This document shows, piece after piece, positions 1-8,946 of a stretch of DNA of 64,000 bases; within the stretch, counting starts at the first letter, position 1, and every line of letters begins with the position of its first letter. Source of the stretch: Synechococcus sp. GTDB lineage: Bacteria > Cyanobacteriota > Cyanobacteriia > PCC-6307 > Cyanobiaceae. Under the pieces are notes generated by a model. The model was not told the origin of the DNA. It searched no databases and saw nothing but the letters and a program-made list of their open reading frames with translations. The stretch lies in NCBI GenBank assembly GCA_047285305.1, contig JBJBDL010000003.1, positions 1,280,001 through 1,344,000 on the forward strand, written 5' to 3'. Both the position numbers and the translations under genes were made by a program.

Positions 1-1
1 G

Positions 2-712
2 GATCTCTCTGTCACCGCTGATGTGCTGCTCAGCCTGCAACGTGCAGGGGCTGACATGGTTGAACTGGGAATGCCTTACAGCGACCCCCTCGCTGATGGG
101 CCGGTCATTCAGGCTGCTGCGTCCCGGGCCCTTGCCGCCGGAACCACGCCAAAGGGTGTTCTGGACATGCTGCGCTCGTTGAAAGGCCAGCTGCAGATTC
201 CCGTGATCCTGTTCACGTATTCCAATCCACTGCTCAATGTGGGGATGGAGGCGTTTTGCCAGTCCGCAGCGGAGGCTGGTGCGGCGGGTTTGGTGGTCCC
301 TGATCTACCCCTTGAGGAAGCAGAGCGGCTGTCGACAATCGCAGAGCGTCATGGCTTGGATTTGGTGCTCTTGGTTGCGCCCACCACTCCCCAAGATCGG
401 ATGGGTCGGATTGCCACATGCAGCCGAGGTTTCACCTACCTGGTGAGTGTCACCGGTGTCACCGGTGAGCGAGCTCAGATGGAAAGCAGGGTTGAAGGTT
501 TGGTGCAGCAACTCAAACAAACCTCACCGGTTCCTGTTGCGGTTGGTTTTGGGATCTCCGGTGCCGAGCAGGTGCGTCAGGTTCGGGGTTGGGGTGCCGA
601 TGGAGCAATTGTGGGCAGTGCACTTGTGAAACGGATGGCTGCAGCATCGCCCGGGGACATTGCTCAGGAAGCTGGTCGTTTTTGCGCTGAGTTGCGTGCA
701 GCTGCCGATTAG
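2..712 (+). CDS. trpA: Tryptophan synthase alpha chain (5' truncated by window edge)
   Basis: [33 protein letters not shown] and GADGAIVGS motifs; frame is open to the window start. Confidence 0.97.
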   Translation, partial: DLSVTADVLLSLQRAGADMVELGMPYSDPLADGPVIQAAASRALAAGTTPKGVLDMLRSLKGQLQIPVILFTYSNPLLNVGMEAFCQSAAEAGAAGLVVPDLPLEEAERLSTIAERHGLDLVLLVAPTTPQDRMGRIATCSRGFTYLVSVTGVTGERAQMESRVEGLVQQLKQTSPVPVAVGFGISGAEQVRQVRGWGADGAIVGSALVKRMAAASPGDIAQEAGRFCAELRAAAD

Positions 713-743
713 CCCTAGGGGCTGTCATCCCGCTCAAGCCATC

Positions 744-768
744 AAAAACCCCGGCATTGGCCGGGGTT
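744..768 (-). terminator. Rho-independent terminator of the abrB-like gene
   Basis: AACCCCGG-cattgg-CCGGGGTT hairpin with an A-run on + (U-run on -) just after the stop at 790. Confidence 0.7.
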
Positions 769-789
769 GCACTGCTTTTTAATGTTGAA

Positions 790-1161
790 TCACTCGTCGT
801 CTTCGTCGGTGGCACCCACCGATGTCAGACGAATCTGTTTGCGACCCAGTTTGATTTCAAATTCATCTCCAGGCTTCAGGTCAAGCAGCGCTGTATAGGC
901 CTTGCCGATGAGAAGATTGCCGTTGCCTTGCACAGTGGCCACATAGCTGAGTTTGCGGCCACCTTGGCCAACACCACCAACTCCACCCACGCCAAGACTG
1001 ACGCCTTTGGCTTCCAACAGTGCTTCATAAAAAGCGGTGAAATTCAGACGTTCACCACCATCTTTTTTCGTGGAGACATAGCCACAGGCACGAACAAGGT
1101 CAGACTTGCTGATGTCACCCAGGTCTTTGACTTTATTGAGAAGGTTGCTCCCAGTGAGCAT
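790..1161 (-). CDS. Cyanobacterial AbrB-family transcriptional regulator (cyAbrB)
   Basis: LVRACGYV, FYEALLEAKG, GRKLSY..VQGNGNLLIGKAYT and GDEFEIKLGRKQI motifs. Confidence 0.93.
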   Translation of the reverse strand: MLTGSNLLNKVKDLGDISKSDLVRACGYVSTKKDGGERLNFTAFYEALLEAKGVSLGVGGVGGVGQGGRKLSYVATVQGNGNLLIGKAYTALLDLKPGDEFEIKLGRKQIRLTSVGATDEDDE

Positions 1162-1259
1162 CGCTTTTGAGAGATATCAACCTTCACAACATAGCCATGT
1201 TTCAAGCGGCTATGCCATCATTTTCGACTGAAAAGTTCGCTGTTATTTCATCCTTCGCT

Positions 1260-1529
1260 ATGGCACGTTTCGTTTTGTGGGGCACTTACTGCGCGGATGC
1301 GCTTGAGAAGCGTGCTCCCTATCGGGATGAGCACCTTGCTCGTCTCCAAAGTCTGAAAGAGCAGGGAACGCTGGTCACGCTCGGACCCACCGAGGGAAGC
1401 ACCCATGTTTTCGGGATCTTCGAGGCCGACAGCATCGACGTCGTCCGCAGGCTGGTTGAGGACGATATCTATTGGAAGCAGGGGATCTGGACGGCGCTCG
1501 AGGTTTATCCCTGGGTCCAGGCGTTCTGA
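1260..1529 (+). CDS. YciI-like protein
   Basis: MARFVLWG..RAPYRDEHLARL..GP..DDIYW, the YciI R-x-x-H and GP pattern. Confidence 0.85.
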   Translation: MARFVLWGTYCADALEKRAPYRDEHLARLQSLKEQGTLVTLGPTEGSTHVFGIFEADSIDVVRRLVEDDIYWKQGIWTALEVYPWVQAF

Positions 1530-1861
1530 GCCTGCATGAGCACCCATTCAGCCACGAGCTGATCTCCATCGCTCCCGAGAACATCGGCGTAACCACTCAT
1601 CTGGCCTCGCCCTTCCCGGGCGATGGCTGCGATGGCGTCCACCGTTGCGATCTGCTCACGCTCGAGGGTCTTCAGCTTCAGGTTTTTCCCCCGGCGAATG
1701 ATGTTGCCACCGTTGATGTGGCATCCCGCGCAGTGCTGTTCGAACAACAGGCCGCCGGGGCTGGCGTCAGACCCGGCAGCCAGCGAAGCGCCGGCTGAAC
1801 CAAGGCTCAGCAGCAGAACAAGAAACGCACCAATGCAGCAGCGCAGGAGGTGGCTCAGCAC
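1505..1861 (-). CDS. Cytochrome c6-like protein (c6B/c6C type)
   Basis: Signal peptide, CAGCH heme motif, GGNII and axial Met in GQMSGY. Confidence 0.9.
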   Translation of the reverse strand: MLSHLLRCCIGAFLVLLLSLGSAGASLAAGSDASPGGLLFEQHCAGCHINGGNIIRRGKNLKLKTLEREQIATVDAIAAIAREGRGQMSGYADVLGSDGDQLVAEWVLMQAQNAWTQG

Positions 1862-1880
1862 AGGGATGATGTGGCTTGGA

Positions 1881-2114
1881 TCAGTCTGCTTGAGCAGGCG
1901 ATGCCTCCTTCTGGAACCGCTGGATCAGTTCATCGGGAGAGCGGTAATCCTTCGGAAGCGAGGTGTGCAATCGGTTGAGGTAGTCCCAGCAGACCGTCCG
2001 GCGAATGGCGTTGAGGTCGCGTCCATCGGCCACAAGGCGACGCAGGGCCTGGCAGTAGGTCGAGAATCCAGCCTCCAGATCTCCGATGGTGAGTGCCTTG
2101 GTTGCGGACGGCAT
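1881..2114 (-). CDS. Conserved picocyanobacterial hypothetical protein (DUF3136-like)
   Basis: LTIGDLEAGFSTYCQALRRLV..IRRTVCWDYLNRLH..LP.DYRSP; start placed at MPSA. Confidence 0.75.
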   Translation of the reverse strand: MPSATKALTIGDLEAGFSTYCQALRRLVADGRDLNAIRRTVCWDYLNRLHTSLPKDYRSPDELIQRFQKEASPAQAD

Positions 2115-2204
2115 GAAACAGAAGGTCAGGATCTTCTGACTTTTGCGTCGATCCCCTGATTGGTCTGTTGTCAGGATCACTGTTGAAGCTGTGCGGTGGT
2201 CTCC

Positions 2205-2726
2205 GTGGCGGAACAGGATCTGATCCGTTTCCTCAACAAGATCTCCCAACTTCAGGCCCTTGCGGAGCGTGTGCGGAACGACTCCAGCAGCCGCGAACAG
2301 CTGGCGGCTTGTGCGGACCACAACCAGGTTGTTCAGTTGGCCCGATCCTGGGGGTTCGACATCGGTCGGCGCTGGGGTGAGCGTGACCATCGGCCGGGGG
2401 GAGAGGCCAACCTGTTGGCGACCCCGTGCCCTCCACCGGGTGAGGAATCAACCCAGGTGGTGGCGTCTGCCGAAACATGGAGACTGCTGTTGATCGCCTC
2501 CAACGGCTTCAGCTCCTCCCGTGACGAATGGATGGATCAGTCCGATCACGAGTGGGTGCTTGTGTTGCGGGGGAGTGCCCGTGTTGCGCTGCAGAACCCC
2601 GATCGGATTGTGGATCTCAGTCCAGGGGATCATTTACTGCTTTCGCCCCATCAACGCCACCGGGTGGAGCGCACTGATCCCGATCCAGGAACCCTGTGGC
2701 TCGCCTTGCACTGGGATGCTGCTTAA
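2205..2726 (+). CDS. Nif11-like leader domain fused to a cupin domain
   Basis: N-terminal DLIRFLNKI...VVQLARSWGFDI (Nif11-like); C-terminal WMDQ..HEWVLVLRGSA..LSPGDHLLL.PHQRHRVE.T cupin. Confidence 0.8.
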   Translation: MAEQDLIRFLNKISQLQALAERVRNDSSSREQLAACADHNQVVQLARSWGFDIGRRWGERDHRPGGEANLLATPCPPPGEESTQVVASAETWRLLLIASNGFSSSRDEWMDQSDHEWVLVLRGSARVALQNPDRIVDLSPGDHLLLSPHQRHRVERTDPDPGTLWLALHWDAA

Positions 2727-2879
2727 GCCCGGCGAGGCACGCCACCTCCACGATGGGTCGTGCAGCCCCCAAAAGGCAATGAGCACGACAGCTGATTGCC
2801 GTCGGTGGCATCGCTGACGAGAGTTAGTGCATCGAGATCGGAGGAGCCCATGACGGCCGACACTCCACCTGAGCAAGCC

Positions 2880-3090
2880 CCAGAAGCAGACTGACTTTCT
2901 GGCCCCTGCTCCAACAGTTTCCACCCATTCGTAAGCGATTCGTCTGGCGCGACAACGAAGAGCGTCAAGCCAGTCGACTCCCCTCTGCATCGTTCGTAGG
3001 TGCCCCGCAGGAGAGCCGCTTCACACCTGGACCCGATGGCCCCAGGGTGCCTTGAGCCAGACGCTTCGATCTTCCTGTCTCAGTTCCATT
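2880..3090 (-). ncRNA. Candidate Yfr6-like RNA or small-peptide transcript
   Basis: Intergenic gap with no credible long ORF; the minus strand reads GGGCCATCGGGTCCAGGTGTGAAGCGGCTCTC...GGGAGTCGAC...GTTGTCGCGCCAGACGAATCGC, resembling marine cyanobacterial Yfr6 as I recall it; boundaries approximate. Confidence 0.4.
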
Positions 3091-3159
3091 GCTAGAGGAG
3101 ATTTTCCAAGGCATCAGACACTGAAGTTGAGATCGATTGCCATGTGCAAACGAGCGAGT

Positions 3160-3197
3160 TAGGCCGTCTTTCCAACGGGAAGGGCGGCCTTCCTTTT
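3160..3197. terminator. GC-rich hairpin downstream of the psiE-like gene
   Basis: AGGCCGTCTTTCC-aac-GGGAAGGGCGGCCT inverted repeat with G:U pairs. Confidence 0.45.
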
Positions 3198-3209
3198 GTT
3201 CGTTAACCC

Positions 3210-3704
3210 TCAGTCCTGGACATCAAGCTTGGTTGCTGATCCTCCTCGGCCCAGTCGTTTGCGTGAGGGAGTGGCGTTCGCACGCTTCACCAACCAGTAA
3301 GCGGCTGAAAGTGAGACGACTGCGATCCCGAGGCCCACCAGCAGCTGGGGTTTGTTTTCAGCACCGGAGGGCAGCACGATCACTTTTCGAGCCACAGCCG
3401 TCAGCGCGGTGACCAGAACCAGCTCGATCTGCACCACGTGGCGCCTCAGGTAACTGGTGATGTTTTGCAGCACCTCCAGCGCGATCAACACTGTGAGCAG
3501 ATCGCCGAGGATCTTGATCAGGTCATCGCCCAACCACGTCGCCGCTGACCCAGTCAGCAACTTGGAGCCCAAGGAAACCATCAGCTGGATGATGGCGGCG
3601 CTGATCACCACTGCGGTGATCAGAGTGAGCAGTCGGGCGACCTCTCGCTCACCCGCATCAACGAAACCGAGGAAACTTCTCTTGGAACGCTTGGGTTCAC
3701 TCAC
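3210..3704 (-). CDS. Phosphate-starvation-inducible PsiE family membrane protein
   Basis: LLTVLIALEVLQNITSYLRRH..IELVLVTALTAVARKVIV; four hydrophobic segments; GTG start. Confidence 0.85.
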   Translation of the reverse strand: MSEPKRSKRSFLGFVDAGEREVARLLTLITAVVISAAIIQLMVSLGSKLLTGSAATWLGDDLIKILGDLLTVLIALEVLQNITSYLRRHVVQIELVLVTALTAVARKVIVLPSGAENKPQLLVGLGIAVVSLSAAYWLVKRANATPSRKRLGRGGSATKLDVQD

Positions 3705-3709
3705 GGGGT

Positions 3710-3951
3710 TCAGTCGTTGAAGGGGTTGTAGTAAAGGCGAGCCTTGGCCTAGCCGGCCAGGTTGACCACCTTGGTGTCGCAGGTGACGGAGCCGTCCTCT
3801 GCCTTGATGCAATCGGCTTCAATCTTGCTGTCCTTGCCTGTGGGGCTACCCGGTCCCCGCAGCCACCCCTCTGTTTGCGCCTGGGCTGAGGAGGCGTCTA
3901 ACACCGACATCATCAACAGACCGGAGGCGTGAGGAGGTGATTTCGCGTCAT
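3710..3951 (-). pseudogene. Disrupted small exported Cys-containing protein
   Basis: Frame reads GLLMMSVLDASSAQAQTEGWLRGPGSPTGKDSKIEADCIKAEDGSVTCDTKVVNLAG*AKARLYYNPFND* with internal TAG at 3749-3751; upstream ATG at 3951 is out of frame. Confidence 0.6.
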
Positions 3952-3991
3952 CGGGGCGATGTCTGAGCCACCACTTTGCCCGTGCCGGCCG

Positions 3992-4312
3992 TTAATCGGT
4001 GCAGTCGTCTCGAATTTCCTGCAAAAGCAGATCAAGTTGTCCGAACGGATCGTCTTCGGCCGTTGCGACACCGGCAGGTTCGCTTGAAGGCTGGCCATGC
4101 CATTCGGCTTCAACGCTGCAGAGCCGATCAGCCAGTCCAGCCAGTCCACGCATGTTGTGTTCGCGCTCCAGCACCTCAAGCAGGGCGGGCATTCGGGTCG
4201 ACACAGCGCGCAGGTTTCGACGCAGGTCGGCCTGGGTGCGACCTTGCTGCTTCAACCAGTCCTTCAGCAGCAGAGTGAGATCCGCTTCAAATTCGGGGTT
4301 CCAGCCAGACAT
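3992..4312 (-). CDS. Conserved hypothetical protein
   Basis: LLKDWLKQQGRTQADLRRNL..STRMPALL and C-terminal DPFGQLDLLLQEI; co-oriented with neighbours. Confidence 0.75.
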   Translation of the reverse strand: MSGWNPEFEADLTLLLKDWLKQQGRTQADLRRNLRAVSTRMPALLEVLEREHNMRGLAGLADRLCSVEAEWHGQPSSEPAGVATAEDDPFGQLDLLLQEIRDDCTD

Positions 4313-4336
4313 TGATCAGCGATTCAGTTCAGCGAT

Positions 4337-4702
4337 TCAGTGCGCCAGGGGAAACCAGCGATCCAGTTTGCGGCGAGCTCGCATCCGGATGTCTGGAGTG
4401 ACGTGATTCCTCCACAGACCCACCATGGCTGTAAGCGCCACCAAATCATCACTGAAACCGGCCACCGGTAGCAGGTCTGGAATCAGGTCTGCGGGCATCA
4501 GAAGATAACTAAGGGCAGCGAGCATCGTCAGCCGCGCGGCTGAGGGGGTCTCGGGGTCAAGCATCAACTCCAGGGCTTCCAAAGTTGGGACGGCAAGACC
4601 CCTGCCGGCCCGCTGCAACAGGCGCCGCAGCAGGTTTTCGTCGATCACCTCCCGTTCAAGCACGTCGGCTTCAACGGTGGTTCGCGCAGCCTGGTCAGTC
4701 AT
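4337..4702 (-). CDS. YkvA/DUF1232 family membrane protein
   Basis: AALSYLLMPADLIPDLLPVAGFSDDL signature. Confidence 0.9.
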   Translation of the reverse strand: MTDQAARTTVEADVLEREVIDENLLRRLLQRAGRGLAVPTLEALELMLDPETPSAARLTMLAALSYLLMPADLIPDLLPVAGFSDDLVALTAMVGLWRNHVTPDIRMRARRKLDRWFPLAH

Positions 4703-4770
4703 GCGGAGGGAACCGGATGGATCCACTCTCCCCAGTTCCTCCGCAAGACGCCAGCGGGGCGGGCCGATCT

Positions 4771-5700
4771 TCAGGGTGTGGATTCCACGAGTCCGCTTTG
4801 AATTCCCGTCTTGCGAAGTTTGCGCAGGGCCCGCTGCACCACCTGACGGCAATACTCCCGTGAACAGTTCATGTGGCGAGCCACCTCGGCAAGGGTGCGC
4901 CATTCGTTGGTGCCATCAAGCCCAAAGCGCAGGGTAACGACGGTGTGTTCTTTTGGGGTGAGATTGGCTTTGGCCAGCAAAGACCAGACCGACGCGGTGC
5001 GTTCAGCGATCTCGGCCCGTTCCAGCGGCGGTAGCTCTTCGCTTGGGAGCACATCCACCAGCTCGGAGGGATCCGATTTCGATTTCACAACCCCCTGCAG
5101 GCTCACAGTGACGCTGCGCAGTTCACAGGCCAGCAGGTCTTCCACCTCAGCGATGGGGATATCCATGAACTCCGCCAGCTGCTCTCCGCTGGGGCTGAGG
5201 CCATTTCGCTGCATCAAGCGTGCCTTGGCAGCCCGCAATTTGGTGAGCTTTTCGTTCACATTCACGGGAATGCGAATCGTGCGGCTTTGGGTAGAGAGCG
5301 CTCGATTCAGTCCCTGTCGAATCCACCAGTAGGCATAGGTGGAGAATCGATGGCCGCGGGTGGGGTCGTATTTCTCGACGGCTCGGGTCAAGCCGAGGGT
5401 TCCCTCTTGAATCAGATCGAGAAGATCCAGGCCCTTGCCCTGATAACGCTTGGCCAGATTGACGACAAGACGAAGGTTGGACGTAATCATCTGATTCTTG
5501 GCCCGTTCGCCACGGCGAATCACGCCTTTTTCTTCATCGCTGTACTCACAGGCTGGGCCACTCCCGCCAGCCAGATGACAGCGTTCTGTGATGGCGACCA
5601 TCGCCTGAACCTTCCTCCCCATCATGAGTTCCTGCTCTGGAGTGAGCAGTTGATGGCGACCAATTTCGCCGAGAAAAGCACTCAGAGAACTCGTCATCAT
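4771..5700 (-). CDS. Group 2 sigma-70 factor (RpoD/SigA family)
   Basis: NLRLVVNLAKRY, DLIQEG.LGL.RAVEKYDP.RG.RFSTYAYWWIRQ and a region-4 HTH (TLAEVA..SRE). Confidence 0.95.
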   Translation of the reverse strand: MMTSSLSAFLGEIGRHQLLTPEQELMMGRKVQAMVAITERCHLAGGSGPACEYSDEEKGVIRRGERAKNQMITSNLRLVVNLAKRYQGKGLDLLDLIQEGTLGLTRAVEKYDPTRGHRFSTYAYWWIRQGLNRALSTQSRTIRIPVNVNEKLTKLRAAKARLMQRNGLSPSGEQLAEFMDIPIAEVEDLLACELRSVTVSLQGVVKSKSDPSELVDVLPSEELPPLERAEIAERTASVWSLLAKANLTPKEHTVVTLRFGLDGTNEWRTLAEVARHMNCSREYCRQVVQRALRKLRKTGIQSGLVESTP

Positions 5701-5877
5701 GACGATACGGCTGAAATGAACCTAGAACCAAAGAGTTTTTTTATGGCGTTCATAATAAAGACTCCTGAATTAATACTTTGTGCGCTATTTCACTCTTTCT
5801 TCCTATTACTGAAGCGAATCTTTCATTGTTAATTCAATTGGGTGGCTAAGGTCGCCGAACCTTCCGTCGCCACGCCC

Positions 5878-6369
5878 ATGCCCCTGGCCGTCGCTCTCAC
5901 GTCCGACATCGCCAAAAACGCTGGCGTTGCCTACGTTCACTACCTCAGCTTCATGCTCTGTTTCGCTGCCCTGGTGCTGGAGCGAAAGCTGATCAAAGCT
6001 GATCCGAATCGCCAGGAGGCCACGGCGATGGTGATCACCGACATCGTTTATGGAATCGCTGCCCTGGCACTTCTAGTTAGTGGAATCCTGCGGGTGATCC
6101 ACTTCGGCCAGGGGTCTGAGTTTTACACCCAGAATCCCTTGTTCTGGTGGAAGGTTGGTCTGTACCTCTCCGTGGGGGGCCTGTCGCTGTATCCCACGAT
6201 CACCTACATCCTCTGGGCGATTCCGCTGCGCAAGGGTGAGCTGCCGAAGGTGAGCGAAGCCCTGGCCAAGCGTCTGGCCTGGATCATCAACATTGAACTG
6301 GTCGGCTTCGCCAGCATTCCGTTGATGGCGACCCTGATGGCCCGCGGTGTGGGTCTTCCCGCCGCCTGA
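5878..6369 (+). CDS. DUF2214 family membrane protein
   Basis: AYVHYLSFM, D.VYGIAA, FY..NPLFWWKVGL..GGLSLYPT, E......IP..A.LMARG. Confidence 0.85.
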   Translation: MPLAVALTSDIAKNAGVAYVHYLSFMLCFAALVLERKLIKADPNRQEATAMVITDIVYGIAALALLVSGILRVIHFGQGSEFYTQNPLFWWKVGLYLSVGGLSLYPTITYILWAIPLRKGELPKVSEALAKRLAWIINIELVGFASIPLMATLMARGVGLPAA

Positions 6370-7034
6370 TGCAGCCCGAGCTCTGTCCTCCACAACAGCA
6401 GGTTCGAACCCTGCAGGTGGCGTTGGAACGCCAGCCTCCAGGCCAATGGCCGGGCTATGCCTCCTCCATCGCCACCACCTCCCTGGGCCCGCCGGTGTTG
6501 AAGCACTGGTGCGTGTGGGTTCAGCCCGCCGCCGCCACGCCGGTCAACCGCTGGGACCAACGCTGGCTTGATCAGGTGTCATCGGCGCTGACCACCTGGG
6601 GTGCACTGGTTCCGCTCACGCTGGTGGACAATCCGGACCAGGCCAACGTGTTGATTCATCGGCAGCGTCCGGCCCGCCGGCAGGTGTCTGGGGTGTGGCG
6701 CGCCAGCAACGGACGCACACAGCTTCAGGTTGTGGACGTGCAGCGCCAGGGCCGCCGAAGGCTTGAACCCCTGGTGAAGGTGATGGTGTCACCAGGGCTG
6801 CGAGCGGAAGCACTGCAGGCCACGGCTCTGCATGAACTGGGTCACGCCTTCGGCCTCTGGGGCCACAGTTCTGTTCCAACTGATGTTCTGGCGATCAGCC
6901 AAGGCGAGAGTCCGGTGTTGGTGCCATCGCAGCGGGATCGCCTCACGCTGGCGTGGGTCATGCAGCAGACCACCCGTTTCGGATCAACGCTGCGAAAGCC
7001 CATCGAACCGGCCGAATCTGAATCACTTGACTGA
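6369..7034 (+). CDS. Zn-dependent peptidase (matrixin-like)
   Basis: ALHELGHAFGLWGHS metzincin motif. Confidence 0.85.
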   Translation: MQPELCPPQQQVRTLQVALERQPPGQWPGYASSIATTSLGPPVLKHWCVWVQPAAATPVNRWDQRWLDQVSSALTTWGALVPLTLVDNPDQANVLIHRQRPARRQVSGVWRASNGRTQLQVVDVQRQGRRRLEPLVKVMVSPGLRAEALQATALHELGHAFGLWGHSSVPTDVLAISQGESPVLVPSQRDRLTLAWVMQQTTRFGSTLRKPIEPAESESLD

Positions 7035-7080
7035 CGTCACCATGCGGGCGCGGCATGCTGCCGGCAGTCGTGGTTGATCG

Positions 7081-7737
7081 ATGCACCTGGTCCGTTCTCT
7101 GGCGCTGGCTGGCCTGCTGCTGAGTCTGGTGGGTTGTCGTTCCAACAACAGCCTGCCCCAGCAGAACCCACAGGTTCGAGCACCGATTCGGATTCAGCTG
7201 GATGGCAGCAATCCAGCAGCCAGTGAAGGTGTGTTGGATCGTGCTGAGGGGCCGTTGCGTTTCACCGTTGGCCATGGTCGCCATGGCATTGCCTGTGAAG
7301 GCACCACCTTTGAAGAGGGCGTCACTCCGCTTGGAACCTTTCAGGTCAACGCAATCCTCAGCAACGACCGCTTCGAGATGGATCCCGCACTGGTGGAGCA
7401 ATCCGGCAAATCAGAAGAGGAGCTGCGCGAGACCCTCTTCACCAACATGAACTCCATCGACTTCAAAGGTGATGGGGAAACCGGGGAATACGGCATCGGT
7501 TACATCAGCCTGGCTCCTGTGCCCGCAACCGAGCAGCCCTTCCGTTTCAACACCTATGACGGCGTCTTCCGCTGGTACAGCTTCGCCATTCACGGCACCA
7601 ATGACGAGTCCCGGATCGGCAAGGCGGTGACCGGCGGTTGCATCAACGCCGGAAATCTCACCATGGGGGTGTTGTTGGACACCGTGGAGCTTGGCGATGA
7701 AGTTGTGATCAGCAGCGACAGCCCCTGTTTGCCTTAG
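7081..7737 (+). CDS. L,D-transpeptidase family lipoprotein
   Basis: Lipobox LVGC; TPLGTF; AIHGT...GKAVTGGCI catalytic motif. Confidence 0.85.
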   Translation: MHLVRSLALAGLLLSLVGCRSNNSLPQQNPQVRAPIRIQLDGSNPAASEGVLDRAEGPLRFTVGHGRHGIACEGTTFEEGVTPLGTFQVNAILSNDRFEMDPALVEQSGKSEEELRETLFTNMNSIDFKGDGETGEYGIGYISLAPVPATEQPFRFNTYDGVFRWYSFAIHGTNDESRIGKAVTGGCINAGNLTMGVLLDTVELGDEVVISSDSPCLP

Positions 7738-8402
7738 TGCCGACGCGGGGCACCCCGTCGTGCGGCCAGCACTTCCTGCACCTGCCGCCAGCTCACACCG
7801 TGATGGGCCAGGGCCACCTGCATGTGGAAGACGATGTCCGCCGCTTCGCCGGCGATCTCGGCGGCGTTGTCGTCTTTGCAGGCCATCACGAATTCAGCAC
7901 TCTCCTCGCCGATTTTCTTGAGGATGCTGTTGTCTCCCCCCGCCAGCAGCTTGTTGGTGTAGCTGCCTTCCTCCGGTTTCTCGCGTCGCCCTTCGATCAC
8001 CCGGAACAGTTCGGTGCAAGCATCCGTTGGTGGCGCTAGGGCCTCGGCGCCACCTGTGGTTCGTGCATCGCTGTTTTCGTAGAAACAGCTGCGGGAGCCC
8101 GTGTGGCAGGCCACATCCCCAGCCTGCTCCACGGTCACCAGCAGCACGTCGGCATCGCAGTCGTAGCGGATCTCCCGCATCGTCTGGACGTGACCGCTGG
8201 TGGCCCCCTTGTGCCAAAGCTCCTGGCGTGAGCGGCTCCAGTAATGCACTTCACCGCTGCGCAGGGTGGCTTCGATGGCCTCCCGGTTCATCCAGGCCAC
8301 CATCAGCACCGCCCCGTCCAGCCAGTCCTGGGCCACAGCTGGAATCAGCCCCGCTTCGTTAAAACGGAGTTGGTCAATGAAGGCGGGGCTGAGGGGCTGC
8401 AT
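7734..8402 (-). CDS. hisIE: Bifunctional phosphoribosyl-AMP cyclohydrolase / phosphoribosyl-ATP pyrophosphatase
   Basis: [40 protein letters not shown]. Confidence 0.96.
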   Translation of the reverse strand: MQPLSPAFIDQLRFNEAGLIPAVAQDWLDGAVLMVAWMNREAIEATLRSGEVHYWSRSRQELWHKGATSGHVQTMREIRYDCDADVLLVTVEQAGDVACHTGSRSCFYENSDARTTGGAEALAPPTDACTELFRVIEGRREKPEEGSYTNKLLAGGDNSILKKIGEESAEFVMACKDDNAAEIAGEAADIVFHMQVALAHHGVSWRQVQEVLAARRGAPRRH

Positions 8403-8469
8403 CAGGCCTCGGACATTCGGGCAACGCCTGAATCTTCCCGCAGCGTGCTCCATTCCGCGTATCCACCCC

Positions 8470-8946
8470 TTGCTCGTTTCTCCGACCCCCTACAGCTGCA
8501 GCAAAGCCTTCAGCGGCTATCCCTGCTGTCACCGGCAGTGGCGCCACCAGGGCCATTGCCGCTTCGTGCATGGCTACAGCCGCAGTTTCAACCTCTGGTT
8601 CGCCGCAACGGAGCTGGATGCCTGCGGGTTTGTTGTTGATTTCTCCAGCCTTCGCCCCTTCGAAGAACGCCTGAGGCAGCAGTTCGACCACACCTTTCTG
8701 GTCAATGCCGACGATCCACTGCTGGCGGAATGGCAGCGGCTGCATGACCTCCAGGCCATTGATCTCCGCGTGATGGAGAACGTGGGCATGGAGGCAACGG
8801 CGGCCTTGATCTGGACCTGGGCCAATGAGCTGCTGCAGGAGCGGGACGGCGGTCGCACCTGTTGCTTCGGCGTGGAGGCGCGGGAGAACAGCCGTAATGC
8901 GGCCACCTACAGCACTGTTCCCGCCTGGTTTTCAGCGCAGAGCTAA
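8470..8946 (+). CDS. queD: 6-carboxytetrahydropterin synthase (6-pyruvoyl-tetrahydropterin synthase family)
   Basis: [24 protein letters not shown]; start approximate (TTG). Confidence 0.85.
   Translation: MLVSPTPYSCSKAFSGYPCCHRQWRHQGHCRFVHGYSRSFNLWFAATELDACGFVVDFSSLRPFEERLRQQFDHTFLVNADDPLLAEWQRLHDLQAIDLRVMENVGMEATAALIWTWANELLQERDGGRTCCFGVEARENSRNAATYSTVPAWFSAQS

Noticed and set aside
2723..2968. 81-aa minus-strand ORF
   Set aside because: TTG start, unprotein-like composition, overlaps the candidate ncRNA
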